Virus record (IMG/VR): IMGVR_UViG_3300050821_008494
Origin: a virus
Taxonomy: Duplodnaviria > Heunggongvirae > Uroviricota > Caudoviricetes
Reading direction: 5' to 3' (one strand)
DNA: 64,000 bases
Every line of letters starts with the position of its first letter. Position 1 is the stretch's first letter. The position numbers and the translations under genes were made by a program. The notes under the pieces were generated by a model. It was not told the origin of the DNA. It saw only the letters and a list, made by a program, of their open reading frames with translations, and made no database searches. Positions 44,536 to 54,149 of the stretch are shown piece by piece.

Positions 44536-45900
44536 TTGGCTTTGGGTGATTTCATTACAGACCTCTCAGCGCACATTCAAGCCCACTGCGAGACTAATCC
44601 TCTCTGGGCGGACACAGTCTCAATGGCTACTCTCGCTTCTGTTCTCGAAGGCCTACACTTCACGACCATAGTCGGCCCTCTGAACCTGAACATCTACGCC
44701 CTCTGTATCGGACCCAGCGGACTCGCCAACAAGACAGTTCCCATGAAGAACTTCGTGATGCCAATCCTAGAGAAGGCAGGAGAGGTCGCGAGTTCTGACT
44801 TCGTCCTCCCTTCGAGGTTCTCTCTCGAAGGTCTGATAGCACGGCTCAATGAAGGGAGCAAGAAGTCCTCCGGTCTAATCTGGACAGACGAGTTCACCCA
44901 CGTTCTCAAGGAGGCATACGGCGCAGGCTACCTCTCCGAGATTCTAGAATTCCTAAGTGAACTCTACGATGGCACAGCCCAGAAGCGCTACACCAAGAAG
45001 GCAAAGCTCGAAGAGTCCAAGAACGTCTTCGTGAACTTCCTGAGTGCGACAACTCCATACATCTACGAAGTCATGAAGCCTGAGATGTTCCTTCAAGGGA
45101 CAGCCAACAGATTCCTCTTCGTGGTCTTCAAGGACGCAGTCGAGAGGAAATACACACCAGACCAATACTTCGCCAGAGACGATGCTGTCCAAAACTCGAA
45201 GGAGACTAACGACCTTTTTGGAGCAACCCTCGGAGAGCTTCGCAGACAGCTAGACCATGGCTACAGGGTAGACATAGACCGGGAGAGCAACGCAGGCAAA
45301 ATACTCCTCGACTTCCGGGAGCGCTGTATCAAACAGACCAGAGAACAATACTCTGAGGCTCGCCCTCGGGACTTCGGCTACAGCTACCTAGTCCGCCAGC
45401 CCGAAATCTGTTTCAAGGTCGCAGCAATCAAAGCAGTTAGCGACTACTGCGGAAGCGACTATACCAAGAGTTCCTTCTTCCGCTCGAAGGTCCTGAGAGA
45501 GATTCTGATTAAGGAAGCCCACGCCAAATGGGCAGTTGACATGATGGCTCTTTATCAAGCCAACTTCCTGAGACTTCAAGAAGAGTGGGGCAGGCACACG
45601 ACGGAGAAGAAGCCCGTCCTAACTCTCGACAAGCACCAAGACCTGATACGGGGTTACATCAAGGACGCCGGTGGAGCAATTCTCCTGAAGGTTCTGAAGA
45701 ACCAGATGAGCATCAAAGGTTCCGAAGTTACCGACACCCTTGAGACCATGACATCTACCGTAGAGCTTTTCCCTAATCACGAGAACCCTGTTGACAGTCC
45801 TCGTTACAATCAGCTCTGCATCCAGTTGAAGGTCGTTAGAAGCTCTAAGGGAGGAGCACCTCCGCAGATAGTAGCCTTCAAACCAAAACAGAAGAAGTGA
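44536..45900 (+). CDS. DUF3987/YfjI-like AAA+ ATPase with C-terminal wHTH-like region; candidate replicative helicase
   Basis: IGPSGLANKT, SLEGL, TDEF, LYDG, SATTP, GTANRFL. Confidence 0.7.
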   Translation: MALGDFITDLSAHIQAHCETNPLWADTVSMATLASVLEGLHFTTIVGPLNLNIYALCIGPSGLANKTVPMKNFVMPILEKAGEVASSDFVLPSRFSLEGLIARLNEGSKKSSGLIWTDEFTHVLKEAYGAGYLSEILEFLSELYDGTAQKRYTKKAKLEESKNVFVNFLSATTPYIYEVMKPEMFLQGTANRFLFVVFKDAVERKYTPDQYFARDDAVQNSKETNDLFGATLGELRRQLDHGYRVDIDRESNAGKILLDFRERCIKQTREQYSEARPRDFGYSYLVRQPEICFKVAAIKAVSDYCGSDYTKSSFFRSKVLREILIKEAHAKWAVDMMALYQANFLRLQEEWGRHTTEKKPVLTLDKHQDLIRGYIKDAGGAILLKVLKNQMSIKGSEVTDTLETMTSTVELFPNHENPVDSPRYNQLCIQLKVVRSSKGGAPPQIVAFKPKQKK

Positions 45901-46190
45901 CAACAAAAACTCCTAAATGCGATGGGCTTTACTTAAGCCCAACAATGAAAGCATGGAAGTTCTACGCCTACCTCGGAGGCTCATTCATCTCCATAGCAGG
46001 AGTGCTTGCTCTCTACACGCTCCTCGCTCCCAACACCTACATCTTCTACGCAGCCCTAGTCTTCGTGGTGATGACAATCCACGCAAGTATCTACGCCGAG
46101 TGGAAGTATCTCAAACACCCCACCGAAGAGGCCAACCTGAAAAGTTCGAAGTCTCCACGCGAGCCGAAACCAATCTCGGGTTCAACCTGA
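45897..46190 (+). CDS. Two-TM membrane protein
   Basis: Two hydrophobic helices. Confidence 0.65.
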   Translation: MTTKTPKCDGLYLSPTMKAWKFYAYLGGSFISIAGVLALYTLLAPNTYIFYAALVFVVMTIHASIYAEWKYLKHPTEEANLKSSKSPREPKPISGST

Positions 46191-46270
46191 GTCTTGGCTC
46201 GGCTTCCTCCTTTTTGTTATCCGAAGCCCTAGCATGGAGTTTATCTGAGCACACATTCCTCCTTCGCTCT

Positions 46271-46492
46271 ATGCCACGAGGAAGATTCAGAGAGCCGCTC
46301 CCGCTTCTCTCGGAAGAGTGGAAGTGTCGAGCACCCGGATGCGGTGTCACTATGGAGGCCGGAGAAGACACAACCAATCGCCATATGCAGATTCCTATGG
46401 CCAAGGACAAGAGGCAGGCCAAGAAGGAAGGAAGGGACGCTGTTCAGACTCACGGGCTCTACGGCTTCATCGGAATGGGCGAAGTCATCTAA
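46271..46492 (+). CDS. Small Zn-binding protein (CRAPGC...H...H)
   Basis: ATG within track ORF 45917. Confidence 0.5.
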   Translation: MPRGRFREPLPLLSEEWKCRAPGCGVTMEAGEDTTNRHMQIPMAKDKRQAKKEGRDAVQTHGLYGFIGMGEVI

Positions 46493-46503
46493 GTCCCATT
46501 CAC

Positions 46504-46553
46504 ACAGGAAATCCTGCCAACAGTATAAATAACCTGCCCTTATCTTATGCCCA
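46504..46553 (+). promoter_or_regulatory. Composite promoter copy 3: ACAGGAAA, TATAAA, inverted operator (46532-46551)
   Basis: ACAGGAAA at -50 and TATAAA at -30 of ATG 46554. Confidence 0.7.
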
Positions 46554-46730
46554 ATGATGTGTGCAAAAACGGAAGGCGCGACGGCTACGCGAAGCGTTAG
46601 GTCTTCTTGGGAGGTTATTTTCCCAGTAGAAGCGCGACACGTAGACAACAGCAGGCAGAAGGACAGTAACACCCGACACGGCAGGTGGGTGCACGTCCCG
46701 AAGATTTACTCGATGGAGGTGTCTGCATGA
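46554..46730 (+). CDS. 58-aa ORF MMCAKTEGATATRSVRSS..., sharing its N-terminus with ORF 11851
   Basis: Manually translated; stop overlaps the next ATG. Confidence 0.5.
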   Translation: MMCAKTEGATATRSVRSSWEVIFPVEARHVDNSRQKDSNTRHGRWVHVPKIYSMEVSA

Positions 46731-48130
46731 TGGCGGGCACCGTAGTCTCGACGGCCTCTGACGACGAAGTCGAGGCAGTGGAGACGGTGATACAGGGGTC
46801 CCAGAAGGCGCAATATCTAGCTCGCCAGAAGGACTCATTCATGGAGCTAGGAGGAGGCCCTCAAGGATGGAGACCAGCTCCTCTGGAAGGCATCGAGCAC
46901 CGCTACTCTCCCGGCGACACGCTGCGAATGGGCAAGCCTCAAATCATCTACCACTTCGCCATTCCAGCAGACTACAACGAAGTCTACCCATACAGCGCAA
47001 TCATAGTGCGCAAGCACAACGCTGACCCGGATAACGCCGACAACCAGATGAACATCCAGCAGCTCAATCATGACGTCTACTGCCAGCTCTGCGGTTGGGC
47101 TCCTCTTGTCAACCACTGGCCAATTCTCAACGACAAGCGCAGGCTTGTAGTTCAAGTCGGCTCCGAGTGCGTCGAGAACTTCATGGGTGCAGGCTACTTG
47201 ACCAAGGAGGTCAAGAAGTTCCGAGCCACGAAGTTCCGCGAGGCCTTCGACTCTTGGATTGAGGGAGCCCAAGAGGAATGCGAAAGTCACCGAGGTCCGA
47301 GCTACAAGAACAAGTGGGGCAGCATGCAGGCAGGATGGCTCCCAGAGGAATACTTCTTCTTCGAGAAGAAGCTCGGCAAGCTCGAAGCGAAGACCCTCAC
47401 GACCCGGAAGATTGTCAACATCTTCAAGGCCGCATACGAGCTGAAGCTGACAATCCCCGGAGTCGCAGCCCAGATGATAGGACTCCCCGACGCAATCACA
47501 GTCAGGAAGGTCGTGGAAGCTCCTAAGTCACCTACCCCAGTAGAGCAGAAGCCCTCTGCTCCTCCGGCACCCGTAGTCCCTACGGGTCCGAAGCAATTCC
47601 AGAGGACTAGGTCCCACGGCAGCATCGTGGAGCTTGAGGTCGCTCAAGGATGGGTCGAGGCGAACTTCAACAAGGAGTCTCGCCTGTGGGTCCCGAAGGA
47701 AGGCGCTACTCCCAAGTCAGCGCAGCCGGTAGCTCCGGTTGCACCTGCGGCTCCTTCATCTAGGACCGACATCTCAACAATCACGACCGGAGTCTACGAG
47801 ACTCCAGACCACACCATCTACGTCGTGCGTCCTAACCGCGATGGCACGCGGCACTACGCCAAGAAGCTCAAGCAGGCTCCTAGCGAGCGCACGACAGAAT
47901 CAGGTCAGCACGTCAACTTCGACTTCGAGTATGACAAGGGAGCCATCTTCAAGCTCAAGCCGGAATACCGGATGAGCGAGGAGCGAGCGAAGGAGTTGAC
48001 CGTCCTCTATGGCCACTGTATTGTTTGTGGTCGCACTCTGAAGGAAGCGAAGTCCGTGGAGCGAGGAATCGGCCCCATATGCATCAAGCTGGTGCGTGGC
48101 AAGGCCGCATCCGAGGAGACCACGGCATGA
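46727..48130 (+). CDS. Multi-domain protein: CxxC..H..GSEC Zn domain, Pro-rich linkers, C-terminal DUF6011-like domain
   Basis: YGHCIVCGRTL...SVERGIGPIC is the DUF6011 signature. Confidence 0.75.
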   Translation: MMAGTVVSTASDDEVEAVETVIQGSQKAQYLARQKDSFMELGGGPQGWRPAPLEGIEHRYSPGDTLRMGKPQIIYHFAIPADYNEVYPYSAIIVRKHNADPDNADNQMNIQQLNHDVYCQLCGWAPLVNHWPILNDKRRLVVQVGSECVENFMGAGYLTKEVKKFRATKFREAFDSWIEGAQEECESHRGPSYKNKWGSMQAGWLPEEYFFFEKKLGKLEAKTLTTRKIVNIFKAAYELKLTIPGVAAQMIGLPDAITVRKVVEAPKSPTPVEQKPSAPPAPVVPTGPKQFQRTRSHGSIVELEVAQGWVEANFNKESRLWVPKEGATPKSAQPVAPVAPAAPSSRTDISTITTGVYETPDHTIYVVRPNRDGTRHYAKKLKQAPSERTTESGQHVNFDFEYDKGAIFKLKPEYRMSEERAKELTVLYGHCIVCGRTLKEAKSVERGIGPICIKLVRGKAASEETTA

Positions 48131-48570
48131 CGTCTCTCAAGCCGGGAGACTACATCGTCAGCGACTTCGTCTCTTTCGGCAGGAAGGAAATCCGAGTCCA
48201 CAAGCTCGCCGAGAAAGGCTGGACTGCCTACGACACCCACAAGGTCTCCGGGACTTCGTATGGCTCCTTCGAAGACCTCATGAAGAACGGGCTCAAGGCA
48301 GGCAGGCCCTACACAGAGACCAAGAAGGCCGGGATGTTCTCACCGGGACTCGACCTTCCGATGAACTGCTGGCGCATACCCGACAGCGCAGCTCAGAGGT
48401 TCTTCGACGCAATGGATACTCGCATCAAGAAGCTGGAGAGCGAGATATCAGACCTGCGGACGAAGAAGTATGAGTATGCCAAGGAGCATCGCCTCGAATG
48501 GGATATGCCAACTCTGAAGGACCTCAAGGCCTTCCTCTCAGAGAACAAGCACAGGGAGGTGACTTCGTAG
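48127..48570 (+). CDS. Hypothetical protein with coiled-coil
   Basis: ATGA-coupled. Confidence 0.6.
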   Translation: MTSLKPGDYIVSDFVSFGRKEIRVHKLAEKGWTAYDTHKVSGTSYGSFEDLMKNGLKAGRPYTETKKAGMFSPGLDLPMNCWRIPDSAAQRFFDAMDTRIKKLESEISDLRTKKYEYAKEHRLEWDMPTLKDLKAFLSENKHREVTS

Positions 48571-48942
48571 ATGGCAACCAAGCTCTTCGGAAGGTCCGTC
48601 TTCTACCAGTCTATTGGAGGAGGACTCCAGACTCTGACTAGGTTCAACGAGGAGGAAGTGAGAACAGCTTCCCTCTACGAGGAAGAGGTCCATATGTTCA
48701 CTAACATCCTCCGTGAGGGCACAATGATGTATGACCCTCACAAGTTCGCCCGGACAGACGCAATCATCCTTCGATTCGTCAATGGCGATGCGGTCTTCTT
48801 CCGCATCGACGGGACTCCATGCCTCCTCCAAATCATGGGACCTCCAAACACGGTCCCGGGTTGCACCAACTACGAACTCTGCGACACCGATAACCCAGAA
48901 GGGCTCGAAGTCAGACAGAAGGCCTCGGAGGTGCCGACTTAG
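48571..48942 (+). CDS. Hypothetical protein
   Basis: Abuts the upstream stop; GGAGGTGA SD. Confidence 0.6.
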   Translation: MATKLFGRSVFYQSIGGGLQTLTRFNEEEVRTASLYEEEVHMFTNILREGTMMYDPHKFARTDAIILRFVNGDAVFFRIDGTPCLLQIMGPPNTVPGCTNYELCDTDNPEGLEVRQKASEVPT

Positions 48943-48943
48943 A

Positions 48944-49384
48944 ATGGCAACCAAGGCCAAGGTGCAACTGGTAATACTCCCAGACGCAGAACCCAACCTC
49001 GACTCCATCTCTGACTTGCTCGGGCTTCATCAATACGAGAAGGACTCAGAGAAGATGACAGTCGCATTCAACCTCGCCAAGTCGAGCGACTTCGAATCTT
49101 TCAAGGCCATGATATTCGGTTATGCCGAGAAGCGTGGCCTTGAGCTTCTGATTCGAGGGCAATACGGAGCAGGCGTCAAGGACCCCAAGGCTCTCGACGA
49201 AGTCCTCAAGAGGTGGCACACCTTCTTCGTGAAGTGGGCTCATCTCTTCGAGGCCGACGTTCACTTCACTCGCTACATAGTAGGGCAGCACGAGGGCTAT
49301 GTTCTTCAAACGAGCTTCGAAAGATTCCAGAACTTCGGCTTCGAGGAGGCCGTAGACATCAGTCCTGTCGAGGAGGCGATTTAG
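48944..49384 (+). CDS. Hypothetical protein
   Basis: ATG 48944 with GGAGGTG SD. Confidence 0.6.
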   Translation: MATKAKVQLVILPDAEPNLDSISDLLGLHQYEKDSEKMTVAFNLAKSSDFESFKAMIFGYAEKRGLELLIRGQYGAGVKDPKALDEVLKRWHTFFVKWAHLFEADVHFTRYIVGQHEGYVLQTSFERFQNFGFEEAVDISPVEEAI

Positions 49385-49385
49385 G

Positions 49386-49880
49386 ATGGCCAACTCTCTG
49401 AGCATCCTAGAGAAGCACACAGACGACTCCGACGATGGTCATGTCTACTGGGAAGTCTGCGCGGCTTTCTTAAGACACAAGGGCTTCGTCGTAGAATGGA
49501 GCGAGCATCTCTACATCAGCGATGTGCCTTGGGACTTCGGGCACTTTGCGACGGACGAAGGAGAGGGGAACAAGGCAGGACGGCAGCAGGAGAAGTATCG
49601 CCTCGGAGCGAAGATACGGACTCTCCTTACTAGCAAGGAGTTCGAGGACTACAAGAGGACGTGGCTCGACCGACTCAAGAAGGACGTCCTCGCCATAGAT
49701 TTCGAGAAAATGAAATCACAGCACGACGACTTCCCTCCAACTCCAAAGGAAGTAGCAGAGGCAAAGGCAAAGGAGAAGCCCAAGGCAAGGTTCTGTCGCT
49801 ACTGTGGAGTCGAGTTAGGCTCCGGGAAGCCTCATGCTACTGATTGCCCTGTCTCAAAGAAAGGAGGACCGAGACCTTGA
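49386..49880 (+). CDS. Hypothetical protein with C-terminal CRYC..H..C finger
   Basis: SD GGAGG; Zn motif. Confidence 0.65.
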   Translation: MANSLSILEKHTDDSDDGHVYWEVCAAFLRHKGFVVEWSEHLYISDVPWDFGHFATDEGEGNKAGRQQEKYRLGAKIRTLLTSKEFEDYKRTWLDRLKKDVLAIDFEKMKSQHDDFPPTPKEVAEAKAKEKPKARFCRYCGVELGSGKPHATDCPVSKKGGPRP

Positions 49881-50395
49881 GCGACTACTACGACATCGAA
49901 GTCCTCAAGGAAGGCAGGAAGGTAGGGACTTCGACCTACGGAAAGTTCGTAATAGCTCCAGCAGGCACAGTGATAGTCGTGAAGCTCATTCACGGCTCCG
50001 GAGGCTCTCTTGAGAAGCAGCGCTTCACGAAGGCAGGAGGAATCAGATGGATACGCCATTCCATAAAGTATCAGGCGAGGTCAGAAGTCGTCGCCGTGTC
50101 AGAATCTCTAGTCCGGGAGTTCTTGACGTATGCCTCGTTCTGGGGATGGGAAAGACACGACAGCTACGGCAAGAGATGGCGTAGACTCTCGGAGAAGAGC
50201 AAGGTAGTGACAGCAGGCAAGGGAACACTACGTTGCGCCTTCTGCGAAGGCTCAGGAAAGGACCCCAACTCATTCATCGTCCATCGTCCCTGCCAAGTTT
50301 GTCGTGGAACAGGAGCTGTCCCCATAAGCTCCTTGGCAAAGCCGGGAGCCCAATACTCTAGGAAGACGTCTCTTTCCGGAGGTCAGAGAGCTTGA
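49877..50395 (+). CDS. Protein with DnaJ-type CxxCxGxG Zn finger
   Basis: CAFCEGSG...CQVCRGTG. Confidence 0.65.
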   Translation: MSDYYDIEVLKEGRKVGTSTYGKFVIAPAGTVIVVKLIHGSGGSLEKQRFTKAGGIRWIRHSIKYQARSEVVAVSESLVREFLTYASFWGWERHDSYGKRWRRLSEKSKVVTAGKGTLRCAFCEGSGKDPNSFIVHRPCQVCRGTGAVPISSLAKPGAQYSRKTSLSGGQRA

Positions 50396-50559
50396 GCGGT
50401 CGCAACGAACCAGAGTGCGAGAACGACGAGCTGCGCATCAGATTGGTCAAAGGGATTCTCCAAGACAACCCGTTTGTCCGACAGGAGATAACCTCGTGGC
50501 TCGTCGGAGAGAACATCAAGGAAGCTCTGGGACTCAAGGAGGAGAAGACCAAGAGATGA
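50392..50559 (+). CDS. Hypothetical protein (55 aa)
   Basis: Manually translated; coupled at both ends. Confidence 0.5.
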   Translation: MSGRNEPECENDELRIRLVKGILQDNPFVRQEITSWLVGENIKEALGLKEEKTKR

Positions 50560-50735
50560 CACTTCGACTTAGAGTAACAGCATCTCTCCTACTCATAGGT
50601 GCAGTCCTCATGGGAATCTCCTTCTTCGGAATCTACAGAGACCTCTTCCTCTCAGTTGAGACGTGGGCTCTCTTGTTTGTCGTAGGCTTCATCATAGTCT
50701 ACATAGCAGTAGAATCCCGGAGCTTTTCGAAATGA
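50556..50735 (+). CDS. Small two-TM membrane protein
   Basis: ATGA-coupled; hydrophobic. Confidence 0.6.
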   Translation: MTLRLRVTASLLLIGAVLMGISFFGIYRDLFLSVETWALLFVVGFIIVYIAVESRSFSK

Positions 50736-51022
50736 GTCCGGAGCCTCCGAAGAGATGGGCTGTCGTATCCTACTGCTTCGACACAGAAGGAGACACCTAC
50801 GTCAGGGCAGACACCTTCTTAGAAGGAGCGGCAGGTCTCGCTCGCGACTACTATCAGAGGTGCATCGGTCACCACGGCACATCTCTTCTCGCCGGGGAAA
50901 TTGTCAAGTGTCTTATTCTCCCTGACGGAGCAACAGCAACGAGAGTTATTCTAACAGAGATTAAGGCTCTCGCCGAGTTCGACGGAACTGAGCAGTATCA
51001 CTTGGAGGGTGACTACAGCTGA
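50732..51022 (+). CDS. Hypothetical protein
   Basis: ATGA-coupled. Confidence 0.6.
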   Translation: MSPEPPKRWAVVSYCFDTEGDTYVRADTFLEGAAGLARDYYQRCIGHHGTSLLAGEIVKCLILPDGATATRVILTEIKALAEFDGTEQYHLEGDYS

Positions 51023-51384
51023 GTCAGATTCACGAGGGACACAGGGAAAGCCTCAGCATCCTACTGACCTCCGAGAACAGGCGCTTGGTAGAGTTCTCTC
51101 AGCGCCTTCACTCGGCTCTAGGAGACTTAGACGTATGGGATGAGGAGTTCCATTCCGGTATTCCCTACATCCAGATGACCTCGGAGCACACGTGCCGTGT
51201 TCTTCTTCCCGTCATGGCCTTTCTCAAAGACGGGAAGGACTACGACGATATGGGGCTCTGTGTATACGTCGCATCAGACGGGACCTTCTTCGGAGAGACC
51301 AAAGTTGGAATCTACATCGACGGGAAACCGAACCCAGACATGAGACTTCACGTCAATCCAAAACATCTGGACTTGATAGCATGA
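51019..51384 (+). CDS. Hypothetical protein, probable CTG start
   Basis: CTGA overlap; GGAGGGTGA SD 6 nt upstream; frame open to track start 51085. Confidence 0.6.
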   Translation: MSQIHEGHRESLSILLTSENRRLVEFSQRLHSALGDLDVWDEEFHSGIPYIQMTSEHTCRVLLPVMAFLKDGKDYDDMGLCVYVASDGTFFGETKVGIYIDGKPNPDMRLHVNPKHLDLIA

Positions 51385-51515
51385 GTCAATGTAAGAACGG
51401 CGACCACTTCGAGTTCCCTGTATATGTAAAGGAATACTCCGTCAAGCTAGGAGAGGTATACTACAGTCAGCTCATGGTCCCTGCCTGTCCCAAGTGTGGA
51501 GTAGTTCTAGAATGA
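51381..51515 (+). CDS. Zn-ribbon microprotein
   Basis: CKNGDH...CPKC. Confidence 0.55.
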   Translation: MSQCKNGDHFEFPVYVKEYSVKLGEVYYSQLMVPACPKCGVVLE

Positions 51516-51688
51516 CCCAATACTCTACTCCTGCGGGAGTCACCTTCGAAGAAAAGTGCCCATACTGCGGAGTCCACGTTGAAGTCAGGAAGTTCTCCAA
51601 TACTCCTACCATAACTATTCAGAGGCACAAGACTCCTAGAGGGCACACCTGTCCTGCTTCCGGGCTTAACGTCAAGGAGGTCTCTTGA
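51512..51688 (+). CDS. Zn-ribbon microprotein
   Basis: CPYC...H.....C..SG. Confidence 0.6.
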   Translation: MTQYSTPAGVTFEEKCPYCGVHVEVRKFSNTPTITIQRHKTPRGHTCPASGLNVKEVS

Positions 51689-51692
51689 TGCT

Positions 51693-51712
51693 CCTTAAGA
51701 TAAGCCCTGTTG
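51693..51712 (+). promoter_or_regulatory. Operator copy CCTTA-AGA-TAAGCCCTGTTG
   Basis: 20 bp identical to 54664-54683. Confidence 0.6.
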
Positions 51713-51764
51713 TATCTGCCAGCGCAGAAGCCCTCATAAGCTACCGAAGCGAGGAGACTTCGAT

Positions 51765-52316
51765 ATGATGAAACTAGAATCAAAGCTCGACTGCGAGCAG
51801 AACAACTGCAAGATTCCCGCAATAGGCTTCATCTACTTCGCTGGAGGCGACACATTGATGCTGCTCTGCAAAGAGCATGAGAACGAACTCGCTAGAGAAT
51901 TCTCAATCTTGGAGTTGGAGGAGTTCCTTTTCGACGACCCTGATTGGGCAGCGAAACTCGTCAAGCACATGAACGAGCGAGCCAATCGGAGAGCCGCAAA
52001 ATACAGTCATCTCCTCCAAGAATACGACGAAGTCCGTGGCGCACGAGTTCCGGGAGGCAAGGACATAGAGCGGGTCTTCAGAGGTCTTGTCGCTTGGAAG
52101 AAAGTCTATCCAACAGTCAGAATAACTACCATGCTTGACGGTGCGATAGATGAGGACAATCCTTCCGGAGTCTCAGACCCAGACCTCACAGACAAGAGAC
52201 TTGCCGATGCCATAGAGAGGGTTGTTGCGACTCGTCTTCCAAAGCCGAAGTCGGAAGAATCCAGAGATGCTGACCTAGAGGAGCAGCAAGAGCGCAAGGA
52301 AGCAGGCGAGACCTAG
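51765..52316 (+). CDS. Hypothetical protein with N-terminal Cys cluster
   Basis: CEQNNC...LCKEH. Confidence 0.6.
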   Translation: MMKLESKLDCEQNNCKIPAIGFIYFAGGDTLMLLCKEHENELAREFSILELEEFLFDDPDWAAKLVKHMNERANRRAAKYSHLLQEYDEVRGARVPGGKDIERVFRGLVAWKKVYPTVRITTMLDGAIDEDNPSGVSDPDLTDKRLADAIERVVATRLPKPKSEESRDADLEEQQERKEAGET

Positions 52317-52826
52317 ATGGTGCTTCCTTTTCTGACACTCAAGGTTTCAAAGGAGCCACAGGCTCTGAGGCCTAGAGTCGTCATAAGCGAGTTTGCTCTT
52401 CCAACAGACACTCGCATAGAGTCTCGCAGGGCGAATGCCAGAAGCATACTGGCGGTCCTCGATATGATACGGTCCGCGAAGGCAGGGCAAATCGACTTAG
52501 TCATAGAGACTCAAAAGCTCAGCTCCATAGACCCTGCCATAGTGAAAGCCCTCGGAGGATTCGAAAACATGATTCCAGAGGAATGGAAGGTCTCGAAGTA
52601 TCAACTCATCCCTCTCAAGGGCACACCGGAGGAGATGATGGCAACTTGGTCTATGAACGACTGGGCGATGATATGCGGAGAACTCTCTGCATATCATAGG
52701 GGAGAAACACCAGACGTTCGGACAGACACGATAAGAGCAGGTCGCAGGCTCGAAGAAGTTCTAGGTGCATACCAGAGCAAAATCTCAAAGCTCGAAGTAA
52801 AGAAGAAGAGGAAGTCATCGCGATGA
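52317..52826 (+). CDS. Hypothetical protein
   Basis: Abutting ORF with basic tail. Confidence 0.6.
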   Translation: MVLPFLTLKVSKEPQALRPRVVISEFALPTDTRIESRRANARSILAVLDMIRSAKAGQIDLVIETQKLSSIDPAIVKALGGFENMIPEEWKVSKYQLIPLKGTPEEMMATWSMNDWAMICGELSAYHRGETPDVRTDTIRAGRRLEEVLGAYQSKISKLEVKKKRKSSR

Positions 52827-53122
52827 AATGTCAAATCGACGGCTGCGAGAACGAAGAGGAGATGCCAGAAGCCAAGGGCCACATCTACCCGAGCAAGTTC
52901 ATACAGAAGGTGAAGCTCGCCAAGAATGGCGACATCATCAGTCCTCGTTACGGGCCTCGCCTCTGCACATCCTGCTCAGAGACAATTTACCATCTCTTCT
53001 GGCTCGAAAGTCACGGATGGTTCGACGGACTCCCGGAGAAGCTCATAGAGCAGCAGGACAAGATAGACAAGGAGCGGGACAAATACAATCGGCTCGTTGC
53101 AGAGCTAGGAAGGAACGCCTAG
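52823..53122 (+). CDS. Zn-binding protein
   Basis: CQIDGC...LCTSC. Confidence 0.6.
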   Translation: MKCQIDGCENEEEMPEAKGHIYPSKFIQKVKLAKNGDIISPRYGPRLCTSCSETIYHLFWLESHGWFDGLPEKLIEQQDKIDKERDKYNRLVAELGRNA

Positions 53123-53341
53123 CGTGGCATCTCTCCTAGAGCTTGCGATAGTCTACAATGGGTTCATGGGAGCATCTCTCTTGATTGGGACATCTAGCCT
53201 CTGGTGGCCAAAGAGGAAGAGCTGATATGATGTCTTTAGACGAATGGGCGAATACACCGGAGTCAAGATGCAAAACTTGCGGAGGTCTACTTCTAGTTCC
53301 TCATCCCAAAGGTTTGCACAGCCTCAAGGTGAACATCTGAC

Positions 53342-53854
53342 TTGAACAAGTTGCAGGTCAAACCCGGTCCAAGAGTGAGTGTCTCTCTGTATTCACAAGA
53401 GCTTCAGAGTCTCCGAAAGAGGCTTCACGAACTTATAGCAGGAAGGAAATTCTTCATCATCCTAGTCACAGGAGACCGCAATTGGCCTTGGTCGGCTCGC
53501 TTCATCATAGGTAAGGCTCTCCAAGATGTCACCAGAACTCTCGCACCGGACGTCTTCATAGTTCTCATAGAAGGAGGAGCCAAGGGAGCCGACTACTGCG
53601 CCAAGACCTACGCCGAGAAATGCGGTTGGGGAGTCCTCGAAGTCGAGGCTCATTGGGACCTCTACGGCAATCGGGCAGGCCCCGTCCGTAACAGGCAGAT
53701 GTTCGAACTAGGGCAGAATGTCATCCTAGCCTTCCACGACGATTTGTCCAAGTCACGCGGGACGAAGAGCATGGTAGGAATCTGCACCGAATCTGGAAGT
53801 CAGGTAACGCTCTACGGCACAGATGGAAAGGCCTCTACTCTCGGAAGCGAGTGA
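53342..53854 (+). CDS. SLOG-family (DUF2493/YspA-like) protein
   Basis: ILVTGDRNW, IEGGAKGAD, W..YG..AGPVRNRQM, AFH...GTKSM. Confidence 0.85.
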   Translation: MNKLQVKPGPRVSVSLYSQELQSLRKRLHELIAGRKFFIILVTGDRNWPWSARFIIGKALQDVTRTLAPDVFIVLIEGGAKGADYCAKTYAEKCGWGVLEVEAHWDLYGNRAGPVRNRQMFELGQNVILAFHDDLSKSRGTKSMVGICTESGSQVTLYGTDGKASTLGSE

Positions 53855-53858
53855 TAGC

Positions 53859-54149
53859 ATGGCAGACTGCTCAATACCCGGTTGCGACGGTGGAGCAATC
53901 ACAATGGAGTATCTCTGCCCCAAACACAAGCAGGGCATAACGGGTCACGAGCTATACCTTCTCGCAATGGAGAATGCGAAGCGCTGGAACCACGGGACCC
54001 TTCCGTCGGCCCACATCTGCTATGGCTTTCTCTTCAGCGCCCTCCACTACCCAGACGAAGAGTTCAAGTTCAAAGTCCCTCCGATAACCCTAGTGGACTA
54101 CAGCGGAATGATTCGCGACGGCGAACTCATTGAGGAGAAGAAGGCATGA
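53859..54149 (+). CDS. Hypothetical Cys-containing protein
   Basis: CSIPGC...LCPKH. Confidence 0.55.
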   Translation: MADCSIPGCDGGAITMEYLCPKHKQGITGHELYLLAMENAKRWNHGTLPSAHICYGFLFSALHYPDEEFKFKVPPITLVDYSGMIRDGELIEEKKA

